64,000 nt of DNA from Eledone cirrhosa (GCA_964016885.1 OZ024742.1:143282001-143346000); one strand, 5' to 3'. Numbered from the stretch's first letter, positions 1 through 12,941 are shown. Made by a program: numbers and translations. Notes: generated by a model not told the origin, from the sequence alone.

Positions 1-1519
1 ATCACACCATAAGACTTATAAACCGAATTAAGACTTATAAACTCAACTAAGTCCAATGCAATAAGAAATTCTTCAGCAAAATCATATCTAACTTATCCTC
101 TAGGTGAATACACATAAGTTAATCGACACGTTTCGCCTAATAAAGGATAAATGTAGAATGAAGTTTCTATAATTCGATATGTCTATAATTCTTCAGATCT
201 TATTAGATATTGCCTTCAACTACTCTAAGACTATCACTGAAATTGACGATCTGCCATTAAAATAATTCTGAATGCTCGAAAATATGTTTTTTGCTTTGAC
301 AATTCTCTATGAATGAAACAGAATAGTGATTTGAACGAAGTTACAGGCCTCACTCGATTGTACATCATTTCCAAATGAAAGATAGACTCCCAATACATTT
401 CTTTATGGCAATCTATCACAATCTGAAAATCCTAAATTTCCCCGACATCAACTTCGAGAGAGGTTTGCATTAGCTGCATAGGAAACCTAATGTGTCACTC
501 CGATTCATCAGCCGAAACTCCAAACATCTTAGATCCTTTACCAACAACCTCACCGAGAGCATCTCCATCCGTACTTCAACTCTATCCCACCAATTAGCAG
601 ATTTTCAGGATCTAACACTTTATTATAAGGATACCTTCCGGAGCAGTTGTTTCAATCAAGAAATAAACTATATTCAAACACAAATGGGCTGAACCAGCCG
701 TAGGAAACACAAGTGAACAGTCACGTGGCGTAATCCGCCATAAATCTTTTGCAATAATTAGGAAGCATTTTCCAACGCAATAATTGCATTATGAAATATG
801 TAATAAAACAGTAAAAATGTCTTACTCTACCACACCAAATGTTGTGCAAAACATTGCTTCCTCCAACCAAGTCAAAATCGGTATCTATTAAACCACCCGA
901 ATCAGTGACAAAACAGCTTAAAGCAATTGTCGCAACAGCAATAAGTATTCATTAAAATGACAAAGAGTATAGTGTACAAGTATATTGTACAAGCTTTTAA
1001 TCCTGCTACGCGCAACATATCAACATATCAACATTTTCAGAAATCATTACCAGTCATAATAATGGTTTCTACTTTAGACATAAGGCCAGCAATTTTTGAA
1101 GAGGGGAAAGTCGATTAAATCGACCCCTGTGCATTACTGGTACTTTATTTTATCGACCCCGTAAGGATGAAAGGCAAAGCTAACCTCGGCGGGATTTGAA
1201 CGCAGAACGTAAAAGGCCGTAACTGCCAATCCACCGCCATATTACTAATCATGATAATAATTGTTTCTACTTTTGGCACAAGGCTAGTCATTACGGAAAC
1301 ATATTAGTCTGTCCAGCCACCTGATTGAAAATGAAACCACTTACCAACTCAATTGGAACATCATAACCAATGTCCTATCCTATGCCAGTAACGGCAAAGC
1401 AAATGGAATATGGAGGAATCACTTTGTATAGTGTTCGCCCATTGCCTTTGCTCAAAACGAAATCCGATCTTGTTACCAATTGAAAACACCGGATATTTAA
1501 AACACACTTCAACTTCTGA
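1..1519 (+). mobile_element. Degraded Penelope-like element, Naiad-type (RT, thumb, linker and GIY-YIG C-terminus remnants); runs off the window start
   Basis: Ordered motif remnants: RLINSTKSN (RT start), KPNVSLRFISRNSKH..NNLTESISIRTSTLS (thumb), KTVKMSYSTTPN, NCRN linker, LLKTKSDLVTN*KHR (aligns to LINKKNELFGTCLHK of the 41.8-42.6 kb copy). Many stops and deletions, interrupted by a SINE. Confidence 0.7.
1063..1238 (-). mobile_element. Nin-domain tRNA-derived SINE (internally deleted)
   Basis: Reverse complement carries the B box GTTCAAATCC, the core CTTTGCCTTTCATCCTTACGGGGTCGATAAAATAAAGTACCAG and the shared 3' tail. Confidence 0.8.
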
Positions 1520-1939
1520 CGCACACACGATCCAGGATGCTAAGAGCCCGACAACCAATTAACATCAAGCTGCCATGGTAAACAATTATTTAGCTTGAAC
1601 GGTGTACCAATGCCTGCTTATGAAAAGAGAATCTTTAGCTTACCCAGGCACCACACTCTTTGACTGCATGAACAAACTAGTACTCACCTACATAAGCAAG
1701 TATTGTAGAATATTACCCGGTGGTGGCTGCTGTTGACAGTTATTATTGGCAACACATGCTGTTGTTGTAGTTGTTACTGTTGTTGTTGCGTTTGTTGCTG
1801 TTGTCATTATCATTGGCATTGATGTTGATATCGTTGTTGTTGTTATTGCCGATGTCATCATTCTTATCCAGATTGTTATTGTTGGTGATATCAGCATTAC
1901 TAGTGATGTCGCTGTGTACTAATACATGTAATGCTACGG

Positions 1940-2865
1940 TGAAATAATATAATATATATTAACATAATATAATATATATTAACATAATACAATATATATT
2001 AACATAATATAGTATATATTAACATAATATAATATATATCAACATAATATAGTATATATTAACATGATATAATATATATTAACATAATATATATTAACAT
2101 AATATAATATATATTAACATAATATAGTATATATTAACATAATATAATATATATCAACATAATATAGTATATATTAACATGATATAATATATATTAACAT
2201 AACATAATACAATATATATATTAACATAATATAGTATATATTAACATAATATAATATATATCAACATAATATAGTATATATTAACATGATATAATATATA
2301 TTAACATAATATATATTAACATGATATAATATATATTAACATAATATAGTATATATTAACATAATATAATATATATCAACATAATATAGTATATATTAAC
2401 ATGATATAATATATATTAACATAATATAATATATATTAACATAATATAGTATATATTAACATAATATAATATATATCAACATAATATAGTATACATTAAC
2501 ATGATATAATATATATTAACATAATATAATATATATTAACATAATATAATATATATTAACATGATATAATATATATTAACATAATATAGTATATATTAAC
2601 ATAATATAATATATATTAACATAATATAATATATATTAACATGATATAATATATATTAACATAATATAATATATATTAACATAATATAATATATATTAAC
2701 ATGATATAATATATATTAACATAATATAATATATATTAACATAATATAATATATATTAACATGATATAATATATATCAACATAATATAGTATATATTAAC
2801 ATAATATAATATATATTAACATAATATAATATATATTAACATGATATAATATATATTAACATAAG
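1940..2865. repeat. 20-bp AT-rich minisatellite (AACATAATATAATATATATT)n
   Basis: Roughly 45 directly visible tandem units with recurrent variants. Confidence 0.95.
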
Positions 2866-3303
2866 TCTAGGCTTAGATATTACTCAGTATTGCCTCTCCC
2901 CGCCTCTATAAATCCTTATAGAATAAGGTTGCAATTACCTGGCACCTCACTTACTCACAACGCTTCTGTTCGTACGAACAAATTAGCACATAACCAATAC
3001 ACACAGAACCATGCCCGACACCTGCTGTTATTGCTGATATATAAGTAACGCCTGCAATAATAATTGTCGTTGTCTTCATGTATGTTGATGTCATCATTAT
3101 CATTTTCTTTACTATTATTAAGTAGTAGTACCACCTGTTGTACCATAATGCATCAATACCGTTATATTAAAGTATAATATAATATAATATAATATAATTG
3201 TTTCTACTTTTGGCACAAGGCCAGCAATTACCCAGTACATTACTGGTACTTTATTTTATCGATAATATAATATAATGTATATACATAGGTTACTACTATA
3301 TAC

Positions 3304-3628
3304 TGGTACTCCGTCTATTACGACAACGAGGGTTCCAGTTGATCCGATCAACGGAACAGCATGCTTCATGAAATTAACGTGCGAATGGCTGAGCATTCCA
3401 CAGACACGCGTACTCTTAACGTAGTTCTTAGGGAGATTCAGCGTGACACAGAATGTGACTAGGCTGGCCCTTCGAATTACAGGTACAACTCATTTTTGCC
3501 AGCTGAGTGGACTGCATCAACGGTAAATAAAGTGTCTTGCTTAAGGACACAACGCGATGCCGGGAATCGAACTCACTACCTCATGATTGTGAGGTGAATA
3601 CCTTAACCAGACAAGCACGCACTTTCAC
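3304..3628 (-). mobile_element. Second tRNA-derived SINE family (CORE/MESC-like central domain)
   Basis: Minus strand has the B box GAGTTCGATTCC followed by GTGTCCTTAAGCAAGACACTTT...CAGTCCACTCAGCTGG, and an ACT-type tail. Confidence 0.7.
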
Positions 3629-3902
3629 TAGGTTAGGACCTAGTTAACTCACAATATCGCCCCGCTTTCCTGCCGTCATGCTAAGCCACATAGAATAAAG
3701 TTGCAACTGTCTGGCACCCTTCCTAACGACTCTACACTTGATTGCATGCAAACCTGTTCTTAACCATAACCACCACTATATCAGGGCCTCGCTCGTTGTT
3801 GCCGTTCCTTGTTATTTTTAGTTGCATTTGTTGCTACTAACACCTGTTATTGATGTCATCGTCATAATGTTTCTGGTTGTTAATATTATTGCTGTTGTTG
3901 TG

Positions 3903-3939
<37 letters not shown>

Positions 3940-3951
3940 TATTATTATTAT

Positions 3952-4134
3952 GGCGATGGATTGGCAGAATTGGTAGAGGGTCGGACATGCTTTCCAGCAT
4001 AGTTACGTCCCTTTACGATCTGAGTTCAAATCCCGCCGAGGTTAACTTTGCCTTTCATTCTTACGGGGTCGATAAAATAAAGTACCAGTAATGTACTGGG
4101 TAATTGCTGGCCTTGTGCTAAAAGTAGAAACAAT
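3952..4134 (+). mobile_element. Nin-domain SINE, full length
   Basis: A box TGGCAGAATTGG, B box GTTCAAATCC, Nin core, tail GGCCTTGTGCTAAAAGTAGAAAC; inserted in (TTA)n. Confidence 0.85.
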
Positions 4135-4139
4135 TATTA

Positions 4140-5160
4140 TGGCTCGTTTTTTTTAAAATCTCAGTTGTTAAACTATCTGGATATTTCATTTAAGGAGCAG
4201 TCAACAACAAGTTGACAAAGGTCTCTCATTGCATTCTTTCCAGTGTCATACATAAACAGGACTTTCCTTAAAATCCTTGCTGTATCAAGAAATATTGTCT
4301 TCTGCACTCAATGCGATAGAATGGTTGGGGCAAGAAGGCCAAATATTTTAGTTATGAACAAGAAGAAAAAAGAGGCCTAAATTATCGATATATCTTTCCT
4401 ACTAGATAGTAGAGTGAAGGATAAAGAGCATGAAAAGATGGAGACGTGTGTGATACTGAAGAAAGAGGTTGGAAAGTTGTGGAGGGTAAAGAAGGTTTTA
4501 GTGATGATCGGAGCATTGGGCTGCATACGAGACAGATTTGAGGACTGCGTAAATAGAATCGGGATTGATGAAGTTAAACAAAAGCTTAAATCCGCTATTC
4601 TCAAACACCCCTTCTGGTCTCTACTCATACTATTTAGTTGCTCAGTAAAACCCGCAATTCACAGATATCAACCAATGGATATTTCTGGCACCATTATCAT
4701 GGCGTCTTTTGTACTCTCGCAGTGCCAAATTGACACATTCACTTACAATAGGGTTGACCATTTCTCCTTTTGTTCCACACACTTTACATAATAGGGATTT
4801 CATGGTTTTGTGAACATGGTGTTTAATGCAGTTAGTTCGAAGAGCCTGTTCCTGGGCGTTGCAAAACAGAGCTTCGGTGTATCCTTTCATATCGCCATTT
4901 TTAAGCCATGATCATCTCTTTTGCCAGTCAATGCCTACTTTATCTCTAATGTACTGTTCATACATCAGTTTATCCTTCCATTCCTTTTCAAGTTCGTTTT
5001 TCATTCACTTCTTACATTCATAGGGTGTTACTGCATCAGCAAATTTCAGTGTATCGAGGTCTCTTACTTTTGACATGATGTTAGCCCTTAAATTTTAAAG
5101 GTACCAAGCTAGGTTGTTTTCTTAGGTTTTGATATATTTTTGACATCTTATTATCCCTCT
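4140..5160 (-). mobile_element. R4/Dong-clade (RLE) non-LTR retrotransposon, 3' fragment with internal inversion
   Basis: Minus strand: QEQALRTN..CKVC..VNPIVSEC..YKRRHD and terminal VQKTIFLDTARILRKV. The RLE segment (ARRPNILV..IIDI..KEHEK..IGALG) lies on the plus strand at 4308-4568. Confidence 0.85.
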
Positions 5161-5448
5161 ATTATCTATTCATGAAATCGCTAGCTACTAGTTATGTTTA
5201 AAGGAAGGAGAATGGCCGACCTATTATTTTACTAGCAGTATTAGTAGATACGAAGAAGGACATCAACTTATTTAAAAGGAAAACAAAGCCGTGGAGTGAA
5301 ATTATATATTTATTTCGAAGTTTAATTAATCAAATCTAAACACTTATATAATCAAAAATAGGCTCCTATTTCGAGAATTTCGTTCCCGGTCATTAGTATG
5401 ATGTGTTATAAACTCATTACGTAACGCGCACGCACACACAGACAGACA

Positions 5449-5509
<61 letters not shown>

Positions 5510-5549
5510 ACACACACACATACACACACACACACACATATATATATGT

Positions 5550-5745
5550 GAAAAAGAGATTTAAAATGCAATTGGAGACTTTAAGAAGGTTTATTGACAA
5601 TGATTTATAACTTTACCGATTTCACAAGTTTCATGATTTTCAAACGTTAAGAGCTATGCCGACTTATAACTTGTGAAACCGGTAAAGTTATAAATTATTG
5701 TAAATAAACCTTCTTAAAATCTTCAATTGCATTTTCAACTTCTTT
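5550..5745. repeat. Imperfect fold-back hairpin (about 65-bp arms), probably PLE terminal-repeat derived
   Basis: AATGCAATTG..TTTCACAAGTT versus AACTTGTGAAA..CAATTGCATT; contains GAAACCGGTA (hammerhead stem III-like); flanked by microsatellites. Confidence 0.7.
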
Positions 5746-5798
5746 TTCTTATATTTGCACCTGTGTGGGACATATAAAAAAACCTTACTTTCGAATAT

Positions 5799-5879
<81 letters not shown>

Positions 5880-7542
5880 ATTATACTTTGGGAGGGTCAT
5901 GTTTTCAATAAGAAACACACGCACCAGTTGCTTTCACTCCAATTTATTATAAATTAAATTTTTTATTTTTTTTTTAAATTTATAAATTTCCGGTTGGTTG
6001 GTTCCACAACCGGACAGTTGTTCATATATTGTCAAAGTTCTTTCGTCACACATTATGTGACCTCTTCAGTGACCGGAAACCACGATGAACTAAAGAAAAT
6101 GATTGCACATGCGGTGGGGGCCAGTATAAAACTAACCCTTAAGGAACATATGTTCAAATTTAATGGAAAAACATATGCCCAAGACGAGAGAGCAGCCATT
6201 GGTGTTATGATTGAAAGTGACATAGCTAACCTATTCATAGTATGGTGGGACAATAAACTTAAAGAACAATTAGAAGACAGCAACCTCTTAACCCCGATAA
6301 TGTACTCTCGCTACGTTGATGATATAAACATCGTAGTAAAAACACCCTCCATCGTAGTAAAAACACCCCCACTAGAGAACAGGCAGGAATTAGAGAAAAA
6401 CACCATGGAAAGCATCTAGCAAATAGCTAACTCCATCCACCAGAGTATTAGAGTTACTATAGACTACCCAAGCAAACACCCCAACCATCGATTACCTGTA
6501 CTAGACACAGAGCTCTGGTTAGAAACCATTAATAACAAAAAAACAAATCCTCCATTCCCATTATGCCAAACCCATGACTTCCAAATATCTGATCCACCGA
6601 AACTCAGCTGTTTCGGATCACACCAAAATCAACATACTGATTGCGGATTTAGTACGGGTGATGAGAAACGTGTCCCGCATGTGCAACCCCAAAGAACTAG
6701 AGAGACACATACAACACTTCATCCACCGTATGCAGTTCTCTGGTTACAATCAGAGAGATAAAATCAGAGTATATAGAGGAGCCAGAACCAAATGGGAAAA
6801 AATGGTAAATAATGATACAAATGGGACCTGCCCCTTGTATAGGAACAAATTTTGGAATAGAATAGAAAGAACTAGGAATAAGGTTAATAGAATAAACTCA
6901 TGGTATGATAGCAATAAATACCAGAGTGTAATGTTCATCAATACAACCTCTAGAGATGAATTAGCTTACAAATTTAGAAGGGTCCTAGATAAACTTAAAC
7001 TTAATATTAAGATAGTAGAAAGACCAGGTACCTCCATAAAAACACTTATTAGTAATACATACCCTTTTCAAAGACCTCCCTGTATAGATAAGAATGCATA
7101 ATCTGTAAACTAAGCCCCCATATTAACTGTAAAACTAGAAACATAGTATATAGCATAAGATATACTGAGGGACAATGTAAAGATAAGAATATAGTGTACA
7201 TAGGTGAGACAGCTCGTAGTATAGGAGAACAGTTAAATGAACACTGGCGAGAGCTTCAAGATAGAACAGAATCATCAATACTCCAGCAACATACTAAAAT
7301 AGAACATAAGGGCAAATTAGAGAACATAGAAATAAAAATAAAATCTACACACAGAAGAGACGCAATGTTTAGATAAATCACAGAGGCAATAAACATAAAT
7401 GAACTCCAACCAAAATTAAATAGAAAACATGAATGGAATAGCAACATCACAACTTACAATTAAGGACAAAATGAAAACACACACACATAGAACAAACAAC
7501 CAACCAGTAACATGTAAATAAACAAACAAACAAACAAACAAA

Positions 7543-7573
<31 letters not shown>

Positions 7574-7579
7574 ACAAAT

Positions 7580-7629
<50 letters not shown>

Positions 7630-8020
7630 CCGGATGTAACACATGCGCAAACTAAACACACAACACACAAAAACAAGATGGCGTAGGACAGAACAAAGGA
7701 GAGGCACAAAACAAAGAAAAGAATCCCCAGTCACTGAAGAGGTCACAGAATGTGTGACGAAAGAACTTTGACAATATATGAACAACTGTCCGGTTGTGGA
7801 ACCAACCAACCAACCGGAAATTTATAAATTTAAAAAAAAAAAAAAGATTTTTTAAGAAAATTCTTTTTGAAAAAATTTATTTAATTTATAATAAATTGGA
7901 TTGAAAGCAACTGGTGCGTGTGTTTCTTATTGGCAACATGACCCTCCCAAAGTATAACAATATCGGTTTCAACACACGTTTTCAGATAAAGAATCTTGCT
8001 AAGCAAATTCAGAAACGAAA
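5880..8020 (+). mobile_element. Penelope-like element family A, 5'-truncated with inverted pLTR
   Basis: RT motifs IANLFIVWWD and YSRYVDDIN; GIY-YIG NIVYSI..YIGETARSIGEQLNEH. 5880-6075 is the reverse complement of about 7728-7957. Stops and frameshifts present. Confidence 0.9.
7730..7772 (+). ncRNA. Minimal type I hammerhead ribozyme motif in PLE-A pLTR
   Basis: Stem I GTCA/TGAC, core CTGAAGA, stem II GTCACA/TGTGAC, GAAA, 2-bp stem III, triplet CUU. Inverted copies at about 6030-6073 and 12679-12723 (triplet CUA in the latter). Confidence 0.75.
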
Positions 8021-8047
8021 TATATATATATAATAAAAAACAAAAAA

Positions 8048-8124
8048 GGTTCGACGGACATCTCTAATGATTCTGGAGCATGAGAGAATATGCTCAGAAA
8101 TCATTAGACGTGTCCGTCAAACCT
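8048..8124. repeat. Short hairpin element
   Basis: AGGTTCGACGGACA..TCTAATGATT..GAGCAT paired with ATGCTC..AATCATTAGA..TGTCCGTCAAACCT. Confidence 0.7.
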
Positions 8125-8515
8125 GCGGGTCCAGAATCAGACAGATCCACACAATGATCGCGTCTCGAGCTGTCCGCCGGCGAAACAATTGTAACACACA
8201 ATAAATTGAGTTAAGATGCATCACTGATTTTTCGTTTTATATTATGTCATACTCTGCTCTGTAAGAGCATAGAGTGCTCAACCGGCATACCGCCTATGGA
8301 AGCATCTTAGCTACCACCAGACACACACATATATATATATATAGAGAGAGAGAGAGAGTGAGAGAGAACCAACAGCCCTAATCGCCGGCTCCTCGTATCG
8401 TAACAACTATGAAGTTGTTTGAAGTTGTTTGTTTAAACATTTTATACTATATGACGAGCTCTGACCGCGTGATTGGGTAGGAATGGCACTACCTAGTCGT
8501 CCACACACACACACA

Positions 8516-8548
<33 letters not shown>

Positions 8549-8549
8549 C

Positions 8550-8637
<88 letters not shown>

Positions 8638-8879
8638 ACACACACCCACACACCCACACACACACATATATATATATATATGTGTGTGTGTGTGTTTGTA
8701 TTTGACTGTATGTGTGTGTATGAGTGTTCTGGAGAAGTTAATTTCCTTAATACCGGGTCCTTAGATGACTGATATAGGAACAGCCTTAGGATGTGAAGGT
8801 TAACTATGAATATATGGGCAACGCATAGTACCCCGTAATCATCCGTGCAGGGTTACATAAAGCTCCATTTGGGCAGCAG

Positions 8880-10785
8880 GAATGGTGATTGTGTTGAAAA
8901 GTAAATACGGATAAACAGTGATCACAGTTTTCTGTGCTTGTTCGCCTAGCAGAGGAACCAATCATCAGGCTAACGGCAGGGGAACTTTGCCTCCATCAAT
9001 TGGGCCCGGATTGTTACAGCAGTATTCAAGGGAAATCCGAAACCTGCCGTTTAAGCTGCTATTCATCCCACAATCACTTGCCAGAAGAGGATGTAGAACA
9101 GTTTTACTCCCAACTGAGTGCCACTGTTTCTAAAGTACCTCCACACTCCATGATAATTATTGGAGATTTAAATACACAAATTAGAGGCAAATTTTTATAC
9201 CACTAGGCTAATAAAAGAAACGACATATTTCTAGAAGCGTAATCACCTAGCCGGGAATACCATTTTCTAAAAGCCGAAACGGAAACTGTGGACTTTGAGA
9301 TACCCAATTGGGCATCATTCCCAGATTGACTTTACCATTTATAGGCAACGATGGAGGAACAACATTCATGATTGTCAAGCACATACTTCCTCTGCAGTTG
9401 TAGGGGGAGATCACATCATCACGGCCAAAGTTAAATTCAGTCTTCATTCAAACAGGAGATCCTGTTTGAAGCAGATTTACTGGAAGGCACCAAGGGAAGA
9501 TGTCAACCTTGCAAGAACAATTGCCTGATAAATTTGAATCCTTGCCAGTCGAAAAGGCTGATACAACCATTGTAAAAAGTACAACAATGGCTACAGTCAG
9601 AAGCGACACCATCAAATCTACAGCTTCTGATGTACATCATCACCAAAAAATTCAGCGCTCTACTTTCGACCATCTTGACGTAGAAAAAATCAACCAAACC
9701 GCGACCGCTTTTGCGAATACTAACAACGCTACCATCAAAGAAACTTGGAAACTTATAGAACTTTCTGGTTAGAATGTGGTATATATCCAGGGGAAGGCCA
9801 CCTTGTGACTTAGAAGGAACAAACTACTATCAGCTGACAATCTTTGTGAGCCAGCCATAGTGAATGATTTATTATTTGAAGTCTATCCAGTAATAAGCAT
9901 TACTGAATTCTCTTCTGAAGAAGTGTACGTTGCATTAAAGGCAATGAAATCAGGCAAATATCCTGGAATTGATAGCTTAACTATAGACATATGGAAACTA
10001 TCCAAAGCTCACAAGTTTCTAAGAGGTTTCTGCATTGAAACCTTTCAAGGCCACAGTCTTCAGAAGTGGGGAATATCAGGAATAGTGCCAATATCCAAGA
10101 AAGGTAATCTCACCATCTGCACCAACTATAGAAGCATCAGTCTTACGCAAATTACAGCAAATAATGATCCTGAATAGAATCAAACCATGCATCGACAACC
10201 TTCTGTGTCTCAGCCAAAATGGATTTCGACCATCTCGCTCTACTACCTAACATATCTTAGCTCCGAGAAGAATTATTGAGAAGGTATTGAATCACAAGGC
10301 GGAAGCAATTGTATTCATAGACTTCAAGAAGGCTTTTGATTCAATCGACCAAAAGATGATGTTCAAAATTCTTCTTACGTATGATAATACTTCAGCACTT
10401 GTTATGACATCCGAAAGAAACTCAGACATATTCTTCCTCTATACAGGTGTCCTCCATTGAGATCCGCTAGCTCCTTTCCTTTTTATGATATGCCTTGATT
10501 ATGCACTGCGTATAATGCAGACGGATAATGCAGAAAAGTCGACAAAGTACCAGATATCCGAAGGAAGTTCTACTTGAACTGGCTTATGCAGATAACATAG
10601 CTCCCTTGGAAAACAACAGCAAAGAGTCAGAGGACGAGTTACAGAGAGTAGAGGCTGCAGCACGGTCAATTTGACACTTCTTGAATGCTAAAAACTTAAT
10701 ACATCTCAATTCATGACCAAATGCACGCGCTAGATGGTTAGGAGATTGAAGAAATAGATGGGTTCTTATACCTTGGCAGTTCTAT
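8880..10785 (+). pseudogene. Degraded RTE-group LINE ORF (AP endonuclease + RT)
   Basis: IIGDLN, SQIDF, MKSGKYPGID, KKGNLTICTNYRSISL, FIDFKKAFDSI, DPLAPFLF and AYADNI motifs, broken by stops and frameshifts. Confidence 0.85.
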
Positions 10786-11686
10786 GTCTTTTGTTTAGAG
10801 CATAGCTTAGCGCCAGTGACTAGATATGTGCGGCATGGCTCTTCAATAAAATTGGTATTGCTGGTGTTGTTAATAGTAGAAGCTATATTTGCGGTTAATG
10901 ATTACGGCACGATTGAAGCAAAGCACTTCAATGTTTCCTTCGATGAAAGTCTAATAAGGACGATCAGGACGATGAAAGCATTAATATATTAATAGAATAA
11001 TAAACGTACGTGGCTATGACATAATATCATAAGTGTTAGCTTTGATTATGGCATCATGATAATAAGTTAATTTTAGTAGACCGCCATTTTAAAAGCATTC
11101 AGTTACAGGTAGTTTGCGGAGGGTTGAGATTAAAGAAAGTGATAAAGAGATACTAATGCACCGATATATGAGAGTAGAAGAAATGTTGAGAAAGGTAATA
11201 GGAGAAGGAAGATGAAAAGTGGAAAATGCTGTAAGCGGAGAAATAAAATTAGAAAGCGGTATAGAGATAAGAGAGTTATGAGAAAGAGTTATAACGAGGA
11301 GGATTGTGTTGGCAGAATTTACGAGGGAGAAATTCAGTAAGGAATTGATAGAATAGAAATGAAAGATAAGTGAAGAGATTAAATAAAGAGAACAATAAGT
11401 GTATGTTTGTGTGTTTGTGTGTGTGTGTGTATGTGTGTGCGTGTACGTGTGTGTGTGCGTGTGTGCGTGTGTGCATGTGGATTGAGGTAGAGAAGCGGAG
11501 GATAAGAAAGGAATAATTAAAAAGATGGTCGAAAGAGCAGTGGGTAACCAAAGGAGATACAATATGATAGAACACGAGAGACGGCAAAGAGAATAAATAT
11601 GAGAGAACAAGAGAAAAAGAGAGATAGAAGCATATAGATAAATAAATAAATAAAGAGGTAGGTAGATAAACAGATAGAAAGAGAGT

Positions 11687-11717
<31 letters not shown>

Positions 11718-11728
11718 AACTGACAGAC

Positions 11729-11795
<67 letters not shown>

Positions 11796-11837
11796 TAGGT
11801 GGATAGATAGACAGATAGATAGATAGATAGATAGATA

Positions 11838-12170
11838 TATTTCTTTATTTACCATAAAGGCATAAAAAGAAGGGACAAATACAAAGGCGGAGTTTACATA
11901 TAATCGAGTAAAAAGGGTGTAACATGAAAATAATCGAAAATAACCTCAAAAGGGAGGGGACGTGATGGGGGTTGCACACACCCCCGAAAAAGTGTGCAAT
12001 CCTTTGCCCGGGGAGCACACGGAGAAGGTGCTCCCCTCTCCTTTACTTCTTTACCTACAGGATGGTATACAGAGAAGGCCCATTTACACGAGCCATTCTC
12101 GCCACTATCACCCACCTTTCATAAAACTGCCTGTGGCCAAGCACCTCTCTCTCCATTCTTATCCTTCTTC
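11838..12170 (-). mobile_element. 3' end of Tx1/L1-like LINE inserted in (GATA)n
   Basis: Minus frame RRIRMEREVLGHRQFYERWVIVARMARVNGPSL*, then a 3' UTR ending AATAAAGAAAT; (GATA)n on both sides. Confidence 0.6.
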
Positions 12171-12461
12171 CGATAGATAGATAAGATAGATAGATAGATA
12201 GATAGTCACACTGATGTATAATAGACAGATTTCTAGATATGAAAGCGGAATTAGAAAAATTAATTATTTATAAATACACTGTAAACGAATAATCGATTCG
12301 ATATTGCTTTTCTCAACATGTTGAACCCTTTCTCAGCCATTTAATTCTTTATAACGGAATTATCTATAATAACTGTCTGTAACGACTAGGATGCTAGAGT
12401 CGACAGCTCGTACCCCACTTTGTACTATATCTCCGTAGTGATATGGCAAATATATATATAT

Positions 12462-12790
12462 ATTTCGTTTCTGAATTTGTTTAGCAAGATTCTTTATCTG
12501 AAATCGTGTGTTGAAACCGATATTGTTATACTTTGGGAGGGTCATGTTGCCAATAAGAAACACACGCACCAGTTGCTTTCACTTCAATTTAATATATTAT
12601 ATATTTATAAATTTACAAATTTATAAATTTCTGGTTGGTTGGTTGGTTCCACAACCAGATAGTTGTTTATATATATATAGTCATAGTTCTTTCGTCACAC
12701 ACTCTGTGACCTCTTCAGTGACTGGGGATTTCTTTCTTCGTTTCTGTGCCTTTCCTTTCTTCTATCCTACGCCATTTTGTTTGTGTGTGG
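12462..12790 (-). mobile_element. Solo pLTR of PLE family A
   Basis: Reverse-complement match to about 7660-8020, including the hammerhead motif. Confidence 0.85.
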
Positions 12791-12804
12791 GTTAAAATAA
12801 ATAA

Positions 12805-12895
<91 letters not shown>

Positions 12896-12941
12896 CACAT
12901 ATACATATACATATATACATATATATATATATGTATATGTG

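Noticed and set aside
1564-1600. Hairpin TCAAGCT..AAA..AGCTTGA as a SECIS candidate
   Set aside because: It has ATCA rather than ATGA, and the register does not fit the non-Watson-Crick quartet.
1940-2865. CRISPR-like regular repeats
   Set aside because: No unique spacers or cas genes; eukaryotic minisatellite.
3952-4034. tRNA genes at A/B-box sites
   Set aside because: These are SINE heads with long A-B spacing and no cloverleaf or CCA end.
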